Shown: piece by piece, positions 40,071 through 49,124 of the stretch
Layout: the number at the start of each line of letters is the position of its first letter
How positions within the stretch are numbered: position 1 is the stretch's first letter
NCBI GenBank assembly: GCA_965223845.1
Contig: CBDCXR010000004.1
Span: 672,001-736,000, forward strand
Reading direction: 5' to 3'
DNA: 64,000 bases
Source: Planctomycetota bacterium
GTDB lineage: Bacteria > Planctomycetota > UBA8108 > SXIK01
Notes under the pieces: model-generated
What the model saw: only the letters and a program-made list of their open reading frames with translations
The model's database searches: none
Told to the model about the DNA's origin: nothing
Program-made: the position numbers and the translations under genes

Positions 40071-40085
40071 TGGCACGCCCGTTGC
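40071..40085 (+). promoter_or_regulatory. sigma54 (RpoN) -24/-12 promoter of the pilin gene
   Basis: TGGCAC-GCCCG-TTGC matches the TGGCAC-N5-TTGC consensus. Confidence 0.8.
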
Positions 40086-40285
40086 CGACTCCTCGGGCGG
40101 GGGGCACGAAGGGTCGACCTGAAGCCGGTCGACAAAGTCACACTTGTTCGAGCACTGAGAAAGGAGGTCGACCAGGCTTCAGAGAAAAAGAGGAGAACGT
40201 CGATCGGATAGGTACCGGTCGGCACACCAGGTCAGCGAAAGGTTTCGGTAGGTATTTTTCACACTCACGGGAGGTTTTCTCAGAG

Positions 40286-40708
40286 ATGAAGAGAGAACAA
40301 GGTTTTACCCTCATCGAGCTCATGATCGTCGTCGCCATCATCGCCATCATCGCGGCGATCGCGATTCCGAGTCTCCTCAACGCTCGTAAGGCCGGTAACG
40401 AAGCGTCGGCGATCAGCTCGCTCCGTACGCTCACGACGGTCAACGAGCAGTACCGCACGCGCTTCGGTTCGTACGCGAGCTCCCTCGCGAACCTCAGCGC
40501 CTCGAGCTACATCGACTCCGTGCTCGGAAGCGGCACGAAGTCGGGCTACACGTTCGGTTACGGCGGTGCGACGAACACGTGGGAGTCGACCTCCAACCCG
40601 ACGACCGTCGGTACGACCGGCGACCGTTCGTTCTACGCCAACCAGACCGGTGTCATTCGCGGTCAGGCTGGTGCCGGTGCGAGCTCCGCGAGTAACCCGA
40701 TCGACTAA
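40286..40708 (+). CDS. pilA: type IV pilin (prepilin N-methylation domain), probable major pilin
   Basis: MKREQG|FTLIELMIVVAIIAIIAAIAIP class III signal with E5; GGAGG RBS; own sigma54 promoter and terminator. Confidence 0.88.
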   Translation: MKREQGFTLIELMIVVAIIAIIAAIAIPSLLNARKAGNEASAISSLRTLTTVNEQYRTRFGSYASSLANLSASSYIDSVLGSGTKSGYTFGYGGATNTWESTSNPTTVGTTGDRSFYANQTGVIRGQAGAGASSASNPID

Positions 40709-40748
40709 CCGTCGGTGTATTCGCTGTGCTCTCCCTGTGGAGAGCGCG

Positions 40749-40789
40749 AAAAGAGGCTGGCTCCACACGGAGTCAGCCTCTTTTTCTTT
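40749..40789 (+). terminator. intrinsic terminator after pilin
   Basis: AAAAGAGGCTGGCTCC-ACAC-GGAGTCAGCCTCTTTT followed by a T-rich tail. Confidence 0.85.
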
Positions 40790-40885
40790 GGCCGAGGTCT
40801 CGGCGACGCACGGGGGGAAGAGCCGCGGTCTCTCGGTACGGTGTCGTAGTAGAAACGGGTGAGAGCCGCGGGGTAGAATTCCTTC

Positions 40886-41593
40886 ATGAAGCACCGCATC
40901 GCACCGTCGATTCTGGCCGCAGATTTCGCCGCCCTCGGAGATCAAGTCCGACGGGTGGCCGCGGCTGGCGCCGATGAGCTTCACGTCGACGTCATGGACG
41001 GGCACTTCGTGCCCAACCTCACCATGGGGCCGATCGTGGTGGAGGCGCTCGAGCGCACGGTCGAATTGCCGCTCGACGTGCATCTCATGATCACGAACCC
41101 CGGCGAGTACTTCGAACCGTTCGTTCGCGCCGGGGCCGATCACGTCACGTTTCACGTCGAAGTGACCGATGAGCCGGCCGCTCTGATTGCCGCACTCCGA
41201 AAGCTCGATGTCGGAGTCGGCATCGCCGTCAACCCGGAGACGCCCGTCGAAGCCGCGCTCGACGTCGCGCATCTCGTCGATCTCGTCCTCGTCATGACGG
41301 TGCATCCGGGATTCGGCGGCCAGCGCTTCCTCGGCGAGAACCTTGCGAAGGTGGAGACGCTCCGGCGGTGGGAACGGCAACACGGCGCCTCGTTCGACGT
41401 ACAGGTCGATGGCGGAATCGACGCGAGCACGATCGGCGAGGCGGCGCGTGCCGGCGCGAACGTGCACGTCGCCGGGAGTGCGATCTTCGGCCGCGAAGAC
41501 GCCGCCGACGGAGTCGCGGAACTGCGTTCGGCGCTCGACGGCGAGATCGGGAATCCAGCGAGCGAGGCGCCCGCGTCCGGTCGCAGCGCCTGA
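40886..41593 (+). CDS. rpe: ribulose-phosphate 3-epimerase
   Basis: IAPSILAADF, HVDVMDGHFVPN, DVHLM, MTVHPGFGGQ, VDGG. Confidence 0.96.
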   Translation: MKHRIAPSILAADFAALGDQVRRVAAAGADELHVDVMDGHFVPNLTMGPIVVEALERTVELPLDVHLMITNPGEYFEPFVRAGADHVTFHVEVTDEPAALIAALRKLDVGVGIAVNPETPVEAALDVAHLVDLVLVMTVHPGFGGQRFLGENLAKVETLRRWERQHGASFDVQVDGGIDASTIGEAARAGANVHVAGSAIFGREDAADGVAELRSALDGEIGNPASEAPASGRSA

Positions 41594-41783
41594 CGAGCGG
41601 CGGTCGGGACTTGCGACGACGGTCCGCTCGGCCGTGTCCCCCGGTTCCCTCGAGCTCCGCTCAATGGATATCGCGGGCGCGGCTTCGGTCCCGCGCGGAG
41701 CCGCCGCCGTTCTGATACAATCCCGGCCTCGGAGAAGCGCAGGGAGCGCTCAGCGAGAGCACCAAGCGGGTTGAGGAGCCAGC

Positions 41784-42743
41784 ATGAGCGACGAATCCCC
41801 ACGCCCCGACGGCGCGATTCCCGTTCCCGATGTCTCGAATGCAGGGGATCCGGGCGCCGACCCGGTCGGCGGCGCGAGCGGAACCGTGGGAGGGGAGGCG
41901 GACGCCCGCGAAGCGGCCGGCCGAGCGGACGCGCCGAAGCGACGACGCGACATGCCGTCGAATCTGTGGATGCAGTGTCCGAGTTGCGCGCGGCTCGTCT
42001 ACAAGCCGAAGGTCGAAGAGAAGCTCAACGTCTGCCCCGAGTGCAATTACCACTATGAGATCTCGAGCCGAAAGCGGATCGAGATCATCGTCGATCCCGG
42101 AAGCTGGGAAGAGGACTTCACTGAGCTCTCGCCCCTCGATCCCCTCGAGTTTCGCGCGCTCAAGGCGTACCGCGATCGGCTCGATGTCGCGCAGTCGAAG
42201 ACCGGCCTCCGCGACGCCTGCGTCGTGGGGCGCGGCACCCTCAAGGGGGCGCCCGTCGTCCTCGGCGTGAGCGATTCCCGATTTCTGCGCGGCAGCATGG
42301 GCTCGGTCGTCGGCGAAAAGATCTGTCGAGCGACGGAGCTGGCGCAGGCGCGTTCCGAGCCCTTCATCTTCGTGAGTGGATCCGGTGGTGGAGCGCGGAT
42401 GGACGAGGGGATCTTTTCCCTCATGCAGATGGCGAAGACGAGCGCTGCGCTCGCGCGATTCGACGACGCGGGGGGGCTCTTCATCTCCGTACTCACCAAC
42501 CCGACCATGGGTGGTGCGATGGCGAGCTTCGCGGCTCTCGGCGACCTCGTCCTCGCGGAGCCGAAAGCACTGATCGGCTTTGCCGGGCCGAACGTCATTC
42601 GCCAAACGATCAAGTCAGAGATTCCCGACGGCTTCCAGACGTCGGAGTTTCTGCTCGAGCACGGATTCCTCGACGGAATCGTCAACCGCCACGAGCTGCG
42701 CGATACGCTGGCGTACTATCTCGAGATGTTCGTCGCTTCCTGA
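41784..42743 (+). CDS. accD: acetyl-CoA carboxylase carboxyltransferase beta subunit
   Basis: WMQCPSC...VCPEC zinc finger, GSMGSVVGEK, GGARMDEG, LMQMAKT, IGFAG. Confidence 0.96.
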   Translation: MSDESPRPDGAIPVPDVSNAGDPGADPVGGASGTVGGEADAREAAGRADAPKRRRDMPSNLWMQCPSCARLVYKPKVEEKLNVCPECNYHYEISSRKRIEIIVDPGSWEEDFTELSPLDPLEFRALKAYRDRLDVAQSKTGLRDACVVGRGTLKGAPVVLGVSDSRFLRGSMGSVVGEKICRATELAQARSEPFIFVSGSGGGARMDEGIFSLMQMAKTSAALARFDDAGGLFISVLTNPTMGGAMASFAALGDLVLAEPKALIGFAGPNVIRQTIKSEIPDGFQTSEFLLEHGFLDGIVNRHELRDTLAYYLEMFVAS

Positions 42744-43009
42744 ATCCGTACTTCGCAGCGATCGTACGGACGGCCTCGAACACGCTCGTCGACCGATAAC
42801 GCGACGGATGGTCTCGCTCCGCGTCGCCGCGACGAAACGGCTCCGAATCCGCGGGGCCCGAAAATCCGGCTTCAGACGCTTCGCGGCACGGTCGAGATGA
42901 GGGAAGACGCGATCGTGGAGCGCCCGCATTCGCCGAGCGGGTCGTCGCGAACGCCGCCAGCGGTGCGCAGATCTCTTCGGCCCGGTTCCAGAATCAGGAA
43001 GGTGACAGA

Positions 43010-43408
43010 ATGGAGAGAGGACGGATCCTTCTCTTGGGGAAGACGAAAGAGCAGACGTACGAGGTGCGAAATCTTCTCGATACGCGCAAGTTCGAAATCG
43101 AGATCGCACTTTCGGTCGACGTTGCAAGAACCGTACTCGCGCAGCGGTACATGAATCTGCTCGTCGTGCACACCGAGGTCCCCGAGAGCGATCTCGTCGA
43201 GTTCTTCTCCTTCGTCGAGGAGCAAGCGATCGATCTCCACCTTCTCGTATTCGGCGAGGAGACGACCGCCGTTCGCGACAAGGTCCCGGAGTGGATGGAG
43301 ATCAGCTACTTCGAGAAGCCGTACGCGGCCGACGAAGTGTACCGCTGCATCGAGGGACTCGAAGAGAAAGCGGCGCAGGGTGGCGTGGGAGCGAGCCCGT
43401 ACAACTGA
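43010..43408 (+). CDS. single-domain atypical (pseudo) response-regulator receiver protein
   Basis: (beta/alpha)5 pattern RILLL...LLVVH...LLVF...YFEKPY. The conserved KP is retained but the acidic pocket is absent. Confidence 0.6.
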   Translation: MERGRILLLGKTKEQTYEVRNLLDTRKFEIEIALSVDVARTVLAQRYMNLLVVHTEVPESDLVEFFSFVEEQAIDLHLLVFGEETTAVRDKVPEWMEISYFEKPYAADEVYRCIEGLEEKAAQGGVGASPYN

Positions 43409-43430
43409 CAAATCCAGTTGGGTTGGGTGC

Positions 43431-43464
43431 AAGCCGAAGGCGAAGCGCCTTCGGCTTTTTTTTT
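43431..43464 (+). terminator. intrinsic terminator
   Basis: AAGCCGAAGGCG-AAG-CGCCTTCGGCTT followed by a T run. Confidence 0.88.
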
Positions 43465-43598
43465 GTGTCGGGAAGGCACGGTCGTCGGACGCCATCGAAA
43501 CGGCTGAGAAATGCGGGCGATTCTGCGGCCGACGGGCAACAATCAGACGCGACACCGTTGCCGAGAATCACGCTCTACCTCCGACGTTCGATGCCCGC

Positions 43599-44615
43599 AT
43601 GACGCTTTTCGACGAACTCCGCCACCTCGAGCAGCAAGGGATCGACCTTATCGAGATCGTCGGTCAGGATCGACATCTCGAGTCACCGGCGCAGTTGCAG
43701 GAGCTCGTCCGCCGCCTCGGATCGTCGGGGGGGGATCTCTGCGCGGAGCTTCTCTTTCTTCTCACTTACCGGAGGTTTCCGACCGAAGAGGCGGAGCAGC
43801 TCTGGGCCGAAATCTCTCGGCGGCGGCGCGAGATGGCGAGCGCGCTGCGTCGAGACGTCAGCTTCCGAGTGGCGGCGCTCGACTATCTGTCGGCGGCCGC
43901 GGGCACGAGCTCGCCGACCGGTGACACCGAGCGCGATGGGCTGATCCGGGGGGCTCGGATCATCGACCGCGCCGAATTCGAGAAGCTCCTCACTTACGTC
44001 AACATCGACGAGGTGACGTCCGCCTACACGCGGCGCTACTTTCAGGAGCTCATCCAGAGAGAATTCCACCGCGCGCGCCGCTACGGGCACTCGCTGTCGC
44101 TTCTGCTCCTCGACGTCGACGACTTCAAGCGAATCAACGACGAGCACGGACACGTCGAGGGCGACGCCTTTCTCCGAAAGCTCGCGCGACGATTGAAAGC
44201 AGCGAGCCGCGCCACCGACGGTGTCTGTCGGTTCGGCGGGGACGAGTTCGCGATCGTGCTCCCCGAAACCGACTCGCGCTCCCTGCGCGTCGTTGCGGAT
44301 CGAATCGTCCGTGACGTGCGCGAGATGGGACGGGACGAGCCGGGTGCCGAAGAGAGCAGCGACTGGGGCGACGTCTTCACGAGCGCGAAGCTCGGGCAAA
44401 ACGGCGACGGAGCGGACGGCTCCTTCGGCATCACGGTGAGCGTCGGTGGCGCGACCTATCCGACGCACGTCGATGAGATCGAAGAGCTGATCGCGCTCGC
44501 CGATCAGATGTGCCTCGAAGCGAAGCGCGCCGGAAAGAACCAGGCTCGAATCAGCGACGCCGGAGACGATTGGACTCTCGACGATGACGAAGCGGAGTCG
44601 CGCGAGTCAATCTGA
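43599..44615 (+). CDS. GGDEF-domain diguanylate cyclase with uncharacterised N-terminal helical domain
   Basis: DVDDFKRINDEHGHVEGD; RATD I-site followed by RFGGDEF; TVSVG; ADQMCLEAK. Confidence 0.9.
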   Translation: MTLFDELRHLEQQGIDLIEIVGQDRHLESPAQLQELVRRLGSSGGDLCAELLFLLTYRRFPTEEAEQLWAEISRRRREMASALRRDVSFRVAALDYLSAAAGTSSPTGDTERDGLIRGARIIDRAEFEKLLTYVNIDEVTSAYTRRYFQELIQREFHRARRYGHSLSLLLLDVDDFKRINDEHGHVEGDAFLRKLARRLKAASRATDGVCRFGGDEFAIVLPETDSRSLRVVADRIVRDVREMGRDEPGAEESSDWGDVFTSAKLGQNGDGADGSFGITVSVGGATYPTHVDEIEELIALADQMCLEAKRAGKNQARISDAGDDWTLDDDEAESRESI

Positions 44616-45908
44616 GCTCGGCCCGGATGCGTCGGCCGAATCGGTGGGCGATGCCGCGAGCACCGCCGGTGCCGACTCCCTCGCGTGGTCCTTCCCCGCG
44701 TAGACGCCGAAGTCGTTGAACCAGAACTTCTTTGCCAAGCGGTACGCCCAGCTCCGTTCGGGGATCTGTTCGATCGGATTGTACTGCGACGTCCGTACGG
44801 TCATCGCCTCGAGCTCGGCCAACGCAGAGCCGCGCGCCGTGACATCGGCTGCCCCGTGGCGAGCGATGACCTCGCGGAGGAGATCCGGACGCTCGAGCAC
44901 GATGCAGCCGCGCGTCGTCGCGGCCGCCGTCTCGCGAAAGTCGCGCAGGAATTCGCTCTCGACGAACTTCTCGCGGAGTGGACGGTCGTCGCGACCGCGC
45001 GGCCCATCCTGGTGGATGGACTCTCGGCTGAACTGAACGATCGGACAGGGCTCGATGTCGCCCCACGGATTGATGTGGTGGCTCACTCCGTTGACCGCGG
45101 GACAGAGGGCCCGCCCCTCGCCGTCGAAGTAGGCATCGATGATGATGATCGGCTTCCGTGCGCGCATCTCGACGACGAAGCGCCGCGCGCGAAGCTGCTG
45201 CTCGGGGCTGAGCGCGAGCTCGGGCGAGGCGTCGGGGCCCATCGGCCGGTACACGTGAAACCACGTGTAGAAGACGCCCATCTCGATTAGGCGGTCGATC
45301 CACTCCTCGGTGAGGAGATCGTCGACATTGGTTTGGCAGAGACTCGTGCAGACGCCCGTCAGTACCTTGTTCTTGAGGCAGTTCTCAATCCCCGCCATCG
45401 TCTTCGAGTACACGCCTTCGCGACCCCGGCGCTCGTCGCTGACGATCTCGTTCCCCTCGACACTGATGAGGGGGGTGACGTTGCCGAACTCGTGGAGCCG
45501 GCGCGCGACGTCGTCCGTGATGAACTGACCGTTCGTGAAGACTTGGAAGTAGCAGTCCGGGTGATCGGCGAGGATGTCGAGCAGCTCCGGATGCATGAAC
45601 GGCTCTCCACCGACGATCCCGAAGAAGACATTGCCTTCCGCTTTCGCTTCGGTGATGAGGCGCTCCATCGCTCCGCGGTCGATCGTCTGCTGCTCGTGCG
45701 CGACGTCGACCCAGCATCCCTGGCAGCGGAGATTGCAGCTGTTGATCACCGAGACGTAGAGGAACGGGGGAAAGTACTCGCCGCGGCGGAGGCGCTTCTT
45801 GTGCCGCTGAACCGAGCGCATCCCCTTCCAGCCCATGAGGTACGCGAGTTTCCAAACCGACCGCTTGTCGGCCTCGAAAAGAAGGCGGCGCGCGAGCTTG
45901 AAGTACAT
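44607..45908 (-). CDS. radical SAM protein with Twitch/SPASM-like extension
   Basis: CNLRCQGC, GGEPF, FTNG, ISVEG, CPA...INPWGDIEPCP. Confidence 0.88.
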   Translation of the reverse strand: MYFKLARRLLFEADKRSVWKLAYLMGWKGMRSVQRHKKRLRRGEYFPPFLYVSVINSCNLRCQGCWVDVAHEQQTIDRGAMERLITEAKAEGNVFFGIVGGEPFMHPELLDILADHPDCYFQVFTNGQFITDDVARRLHEFGNVTPLISVEGNEIVSDERRGREGVYSKTMAGIENCLKNKVLTGVCTSLCQTNVDDLLTEEWIDRLIEMGVFYTWFHVYRPMGPDASPELALSPEQQLRARRFVVEMRARKPIIIIDAYFDGEGRALCPAVNGVSHHINPWGDIEPCPIVQFSRESIHQDGPRGRDDRPLREKFVESEFLRDFRETAAATTRGCIVLERPDLLREVIARHGAADVTARGSALAELEAMTVRTSQYNPIEQIPERSWAYRLAKKFWFNDFGVYAGKDHARESAPAVLAASPTDSADASGPSSD

Positions 45909-46037
45909 GGAGGAAGCGACTGCGTTCGCGTTGGCGGGTAGGGTGCGATCGTCCGGATTCGGTCAGCGCAAGACTCGACGGAGTCTACCAGTCGATGCGT
46001 CGTCCCTCGAACGAAAACCCTCCGTCGGGGCGAGGCG

Positions 46038-47021
46038 CTACGAGGCTCTCCTCAGCAGGATCCAAAGAAAGAACGGACCTCCGACGAGAGCCGTCAAGAC
46101 TCCGGCGGGCAGCTCGGCCGGCGCAACGAGCGTGCGCGACGCGGCATCGCATAAGCCGAGCAAAACGCCTCCGACCAACGCCGAGGAGAAAAAGAGCGTG
46201 CGGTGATCCGACCCGGCGAGCCTCCGTGCGATGTGGGGACCGAGGAGCCCGACGAATCCGATGGGGCCGCAGACGGCGACGATCGCAGCGACCATCAACG
46301 TCGTACCGAGGACGATGAGGGCGCGCGTCCGCTGGATGTCGACACCGCGGCTCGCCGCGATTTCATCGCCGTTCACGATGAGATCGAGCTCCGTCCGGAG
46401 CCCGAAGATGATGGCGGCGCCGGCCGCGACGAAGGGAAGCGTCCGGGCGACGTCGTCGTAGCCTACGACTCCGGAGAATCCGCCGAGGAGCCAGCGCACG
46501 ATGCGAAAGGAATGCTCGAGATCGCTCGTGTACTGAACGAAGAGCGTCAAGCTCGAGAACGAGTACGCGACCGCCACTCCGGCGAGAAGAATCGTCGCGG
46601 CGTCGACCGCGCGACGACGCCACGTGAGCGCTCCGACGAGCCCGATCGAGAGGACGGCGCCGAGAAACGCGGTCACGGTGACCGGCGATATCCCTGCGAT
46701 GCTGAACGTCAAGCCGAGCCGGATCGCTAGCGCAGCACCGAGCGCGGCTCCGCTCGAGACGCCCAGCGTGAACGGCGTTGCGAGCGGGTTGTGGAAGAGC
46801 GCCTGGAACGCCATTCCGCCGAGCGCGAGTCCCGCACCGGCGATGCAAGCCACCAGCGTGCGCGGCACGCGGATCTCCCACAGGATGCGCATGTCCAGCG
46901 AGGCCGTATCCCCGGACCAATAGAGGGACGGGGAGAGCAACTCCGGTCCGACGAGGGGGAGGGCGGCGAGGAGGAGAAAGGCGATCGCGACGGCCGCCAA
47001 TCGAGTGCGAGTCCTCAACAC
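46038..47021 (-). CDS. FecCD/BtuC-family ABC transporter permease
   Basis: IRVPR, NPLATPFTLGVSSGA, LLAGVA, CGPIGFVGL..PH, GGPFF. Start overlaps the ATPase stop. Confidence 0.9.
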   Translation of the reverse strand: MLRTRTRLAAVAIAFLLLAALPLVGPELLSPSLYWSGDTASLDMRILWEIRVPRTLVACIAGAGLALGGMAFQALFHNPLATPFTLGVSSGAALGAALAIRLGLTFSIAGISPVTVTAFLGAVLSIGLVGALTWRRRAVDAATILLAGVAVAYSFSSLTLFVQYTSDLEHSFRIVRWLLGGFSGVVGYDDVARTLPFVAAGAAIIFGLRTELDLIVNGDEIAASRGVDIQRTRALIVLGTTLMVAAIVAVCGPIGFVGLLGPHIARRLAGSDHRTLFFSSALVGGVLLGLCDAASRTLVAPAELPAGVLTALVGGPFFLWILLRRAS

Positions 47022-47872
47022 GTCGAGTCCTCTGCGGCGTCGTTTCGCTCGAGAGAAGGAAACTTTCGCGGGACGACGAGCGTCGCGCCGCTCGACGGAT
47101 GGGGAACGGTGTCGAACTCGACGCCGAAAAGATTCGCGACGGCTCCACTCGCGACGCCGTCCTCTCCGCTTCCGTCGTAGACGAGGCGCCCGCCGTGGAG
47201 ACCGAGCCAGCGACCGCCGAGCTGGAGTGCCTCGGTGAGATCGTGCGTCACGGTGACCAAAGTGAGACCGCACTCGGAGTGGAGCCGCGCGAGGAGCGCG
47301 ATCACCTCCGCCTGATGGCCGTAGTCGAGGTGAGCCGTGGGTTCGTCGATGAGGAGAACGCTCGGCTCCTGCGCGAGAGCGGCTGCGATGAGGACGGACT
47401 GAAGCTCGCCTCCGCTCAGTCGACTCACGTCGCGCGACGCGAGCTCGCCGACGCCTGCCGTCGCGATCGCGAGCTCGACCCGCGCGCGGTCATCGGGCGA
47501 CGGTCGCCCGCCGAAGCGGAGGTGCGGGTACCGGCCGAGAGCGACGAACTCTTCGACGGAGAAGCCGCCCGGCGGTGTCCACGACTGCGGAACGTAGCCG
47601 ACTCGCCGCGCGATGTCCTTCTGCGCCAAACTCGTCAGGGGTGACCCGAAGAGCTCGACCCGGCCGCGCGTCGGAATCAAGACTCGGTTGAGGAGGCGAA
47701 GGAGCGTCGTCTTTCCGGCTCCGTTCGGCCCGACGACGACCACGGATTCGCCCTCGTTGATAGCGAGCGAGATGTCCTCGAGGATCGCGCGTCCTCCCGC
47801 CTTGTACTCGAGTCCAGCCGTCGAGATCGCGGCCGTCGTCGGGAGCGCAGCCGCAGCGGGCGCGGGAGTCAC
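47015..47872 (-). CDS. ABC transporter ATP-binding protein (BtuD/FepC-like)
   Basis: GPNGAGKT, LSGGE, DEPTAHLD, VTHDL. Confidence 0.92.
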   Translation of the reverse strand: MTPAPAAAALPTTAAISTAGLEYKAGGRAILEDISLAINEGESVVVVGPNGAGKTTLLRLLNRVLIPTRGRVELFGSPLTSLAQKDIARRVGYVPQSWTPPGGFSVEEFVALGRYPHLRFGGRPSPDDRARVELAIATAGVGELASRDVSRLSGGELQSVLIAAALAQEPSVLLIDEPTAHLDYGHQAEVIALLARLHSECGLTLVTVTHDLTEALQLGGRWLGLHGGRLVYDGSGEDGVASGAVANLFGVEFDTVPHPSSGATLVVPRKFPSLERNDAAEDSTC

Positions 47873-48822
47873 GGCTCCGAGCTCCCCGCGGGAGCTTCAG
47901 CCGTCGAGTTCGGGATCGAAGCCGAATCGGGATGGAGGCAGGCAGCCAGCTCGCGGGCCGTCCGAAGGATGCGCGGACCCGGAATCGAGACGTGATCGCC
48001 GGCGAGAACGTAGACGCGATCCGTGTCGACCGCTCGAACTCCGGTAAGCTCCATCCACGGTGACGCGGCCGCAGCCTCGGTGAGGCCGACGGCCTCGGGA
48101 TCGGGGATCAAGTCGACGATGACGTCGGGATCGAGGCGGAGGATCCCTTCTCGCGAAACGGCCGGGTAGCGGATCGCCGCGCCGCGGTAGGCGTTCGTGC
48201 CGCCGGCGATGGCGAGAAGGTCCGCGTAGAACCCTTCCGTGCCGGCCACGAAGATCTCGCTCAGCTTCTTCTCCTGGTAATCGCGTCCGACGACGAGAAG
48301 CACCCGGGGGCGCGGTCGATCGCGCGTGCGGTGAGCGATCGCGTCCAACTCTGCGCTGAGGTCGTCGCGCAGCGCCACGCCGCGTCCGACGACACCGCAG
48401 CGATCACCGACCTTCGCGATCGAATCGAGGATGCTCTCGACGCTGCGGTGGTCGATGGTGAGGACCGCGAGGCCGAGACGCTCGAGCTCCTCCCGGCTCT
48501 CTCGTTGGGACGGGAGCAGGGCGACCAGATCCGGCTCGAGACCGAGAATCGCTTCGTAGCTCGGATCGTGATAGCCGCCGACTTCGGTCTTGTTGCGCAC
48601 CTCAGCGGGGAATCGACAGAAGCGTGTCACGCCGACGACCCGGTCGCCGAGACCGATCGCGAAGAAGACCTCCGTGATGCTCGGGGCCATCGTGACGATG
48701 CGCTTCGGGACGGGATCGGCGCCACTCCGTGGTGACGGAGCGCCCCCCGGATGGGATGGCCACATCCACAGGACGAGACCCGTGACGACGACGAGCGCCG
48801 CGAGGCTCCAGCGATTCCACAT
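47869..48822 (-). CDS. helical-backbone substrate-binding protein (BtuF-like, cobalamin/iron chelate)
   Basis: RIVTMAPSITE, VVGVT.FC.FP, PSYEAIL..EPD, LDPDVI, PGPR; N-terminal TM helix. Confidence 0.88.
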   Translation of the reverse strand: MWNRWSLAALVVVTGLVLWMWPSHPGGAPSPRSGADPVPKRIVTMAPSITEVFFAIGLGDRVVGVTRFCRFPAEVRNKTEVGGYHDPSYEAILGLEPDLVALLPSQRESREELERLGLAVLTIDHRSVESILDSIAKVGDRCGVVGRGVALRDDLSAELDAIAHRTRDRPRPRVLLVVGRDYQEKKLSEIFVAGTEGFYADLLAIAGGTNAYRGAAIRYPAVSREGILRLDPDVIVDLIPDPEAVGLTEAAAASPWMELTGVRAVDTDRVYVLAGDHVSIPGPRILRTARELAACLHPDSASIPNSTAEAPAGSSEP

Positions 48823-48919
48823 CGGGCTCAGACGACCGGGCGCGTAGACAGACGAGGGGGAACACCGAGACGAGACCAGCCGATCTTACCTCAACCGATT
48901 TCCGAAACCGACGAACGGG

Positions 48920-48948
48920 TTGAGCTTCGGTGGGAGATTCGGTAGGGT
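48920..48948 (+). promoter_or_regulatory. possible sigma70-type promoter of the tRNA
   Basis: TTGAGC-N17-TAGGGT ending about 36 nt upstream of the tRNA. Confidence 0.35.
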
Positions 48949-48984
48949 ACGCAGCTCTCGCGGCGGGGCTGCCTGTCGTACGGG

Positions 48985-49061
48985 GGGCGTTTAGCTCAGT
49001 TGGCTAGAGCACTAGCTCGACAAGCTAGGGGTCACTGGTTCGAGTCCAGTAACGCCCACCA
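48985..49061 (+). tRNA. tRNA-Val(GAC)
   Basis: Acceptor stem GGGCGTT/AACGCCC plus ACCA; D-arm GCTC/GAGC; anticodon arm CTAGC-TC-GAC-AA-GCTAG; T-loop GTTCGAG. Confidence 0.97.
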
Positions 49062-49124
49062 TTTTTTCTCGGTGTTTCCACCGCTCCGCGCCGACGTTCT
49101 CCGCTTTCCCCGGGTGGGGGGGAG

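Noticed and set aside
40082-40285. Longer N-termini given by the ORF track for pilin (and for gcvPB, tmk, holB, ctpA, vWA1/3, DUF420)
   Set aside because: RBS positions, signal peptides and family N-termini support the downstream starts used here.
48823-48984. Cobalamin riboswitch upstream of the BtuF-like gene
   Set aside because: Only about 160 bp, shared with the divergent tRNA promoter; no recognisable B12-box.
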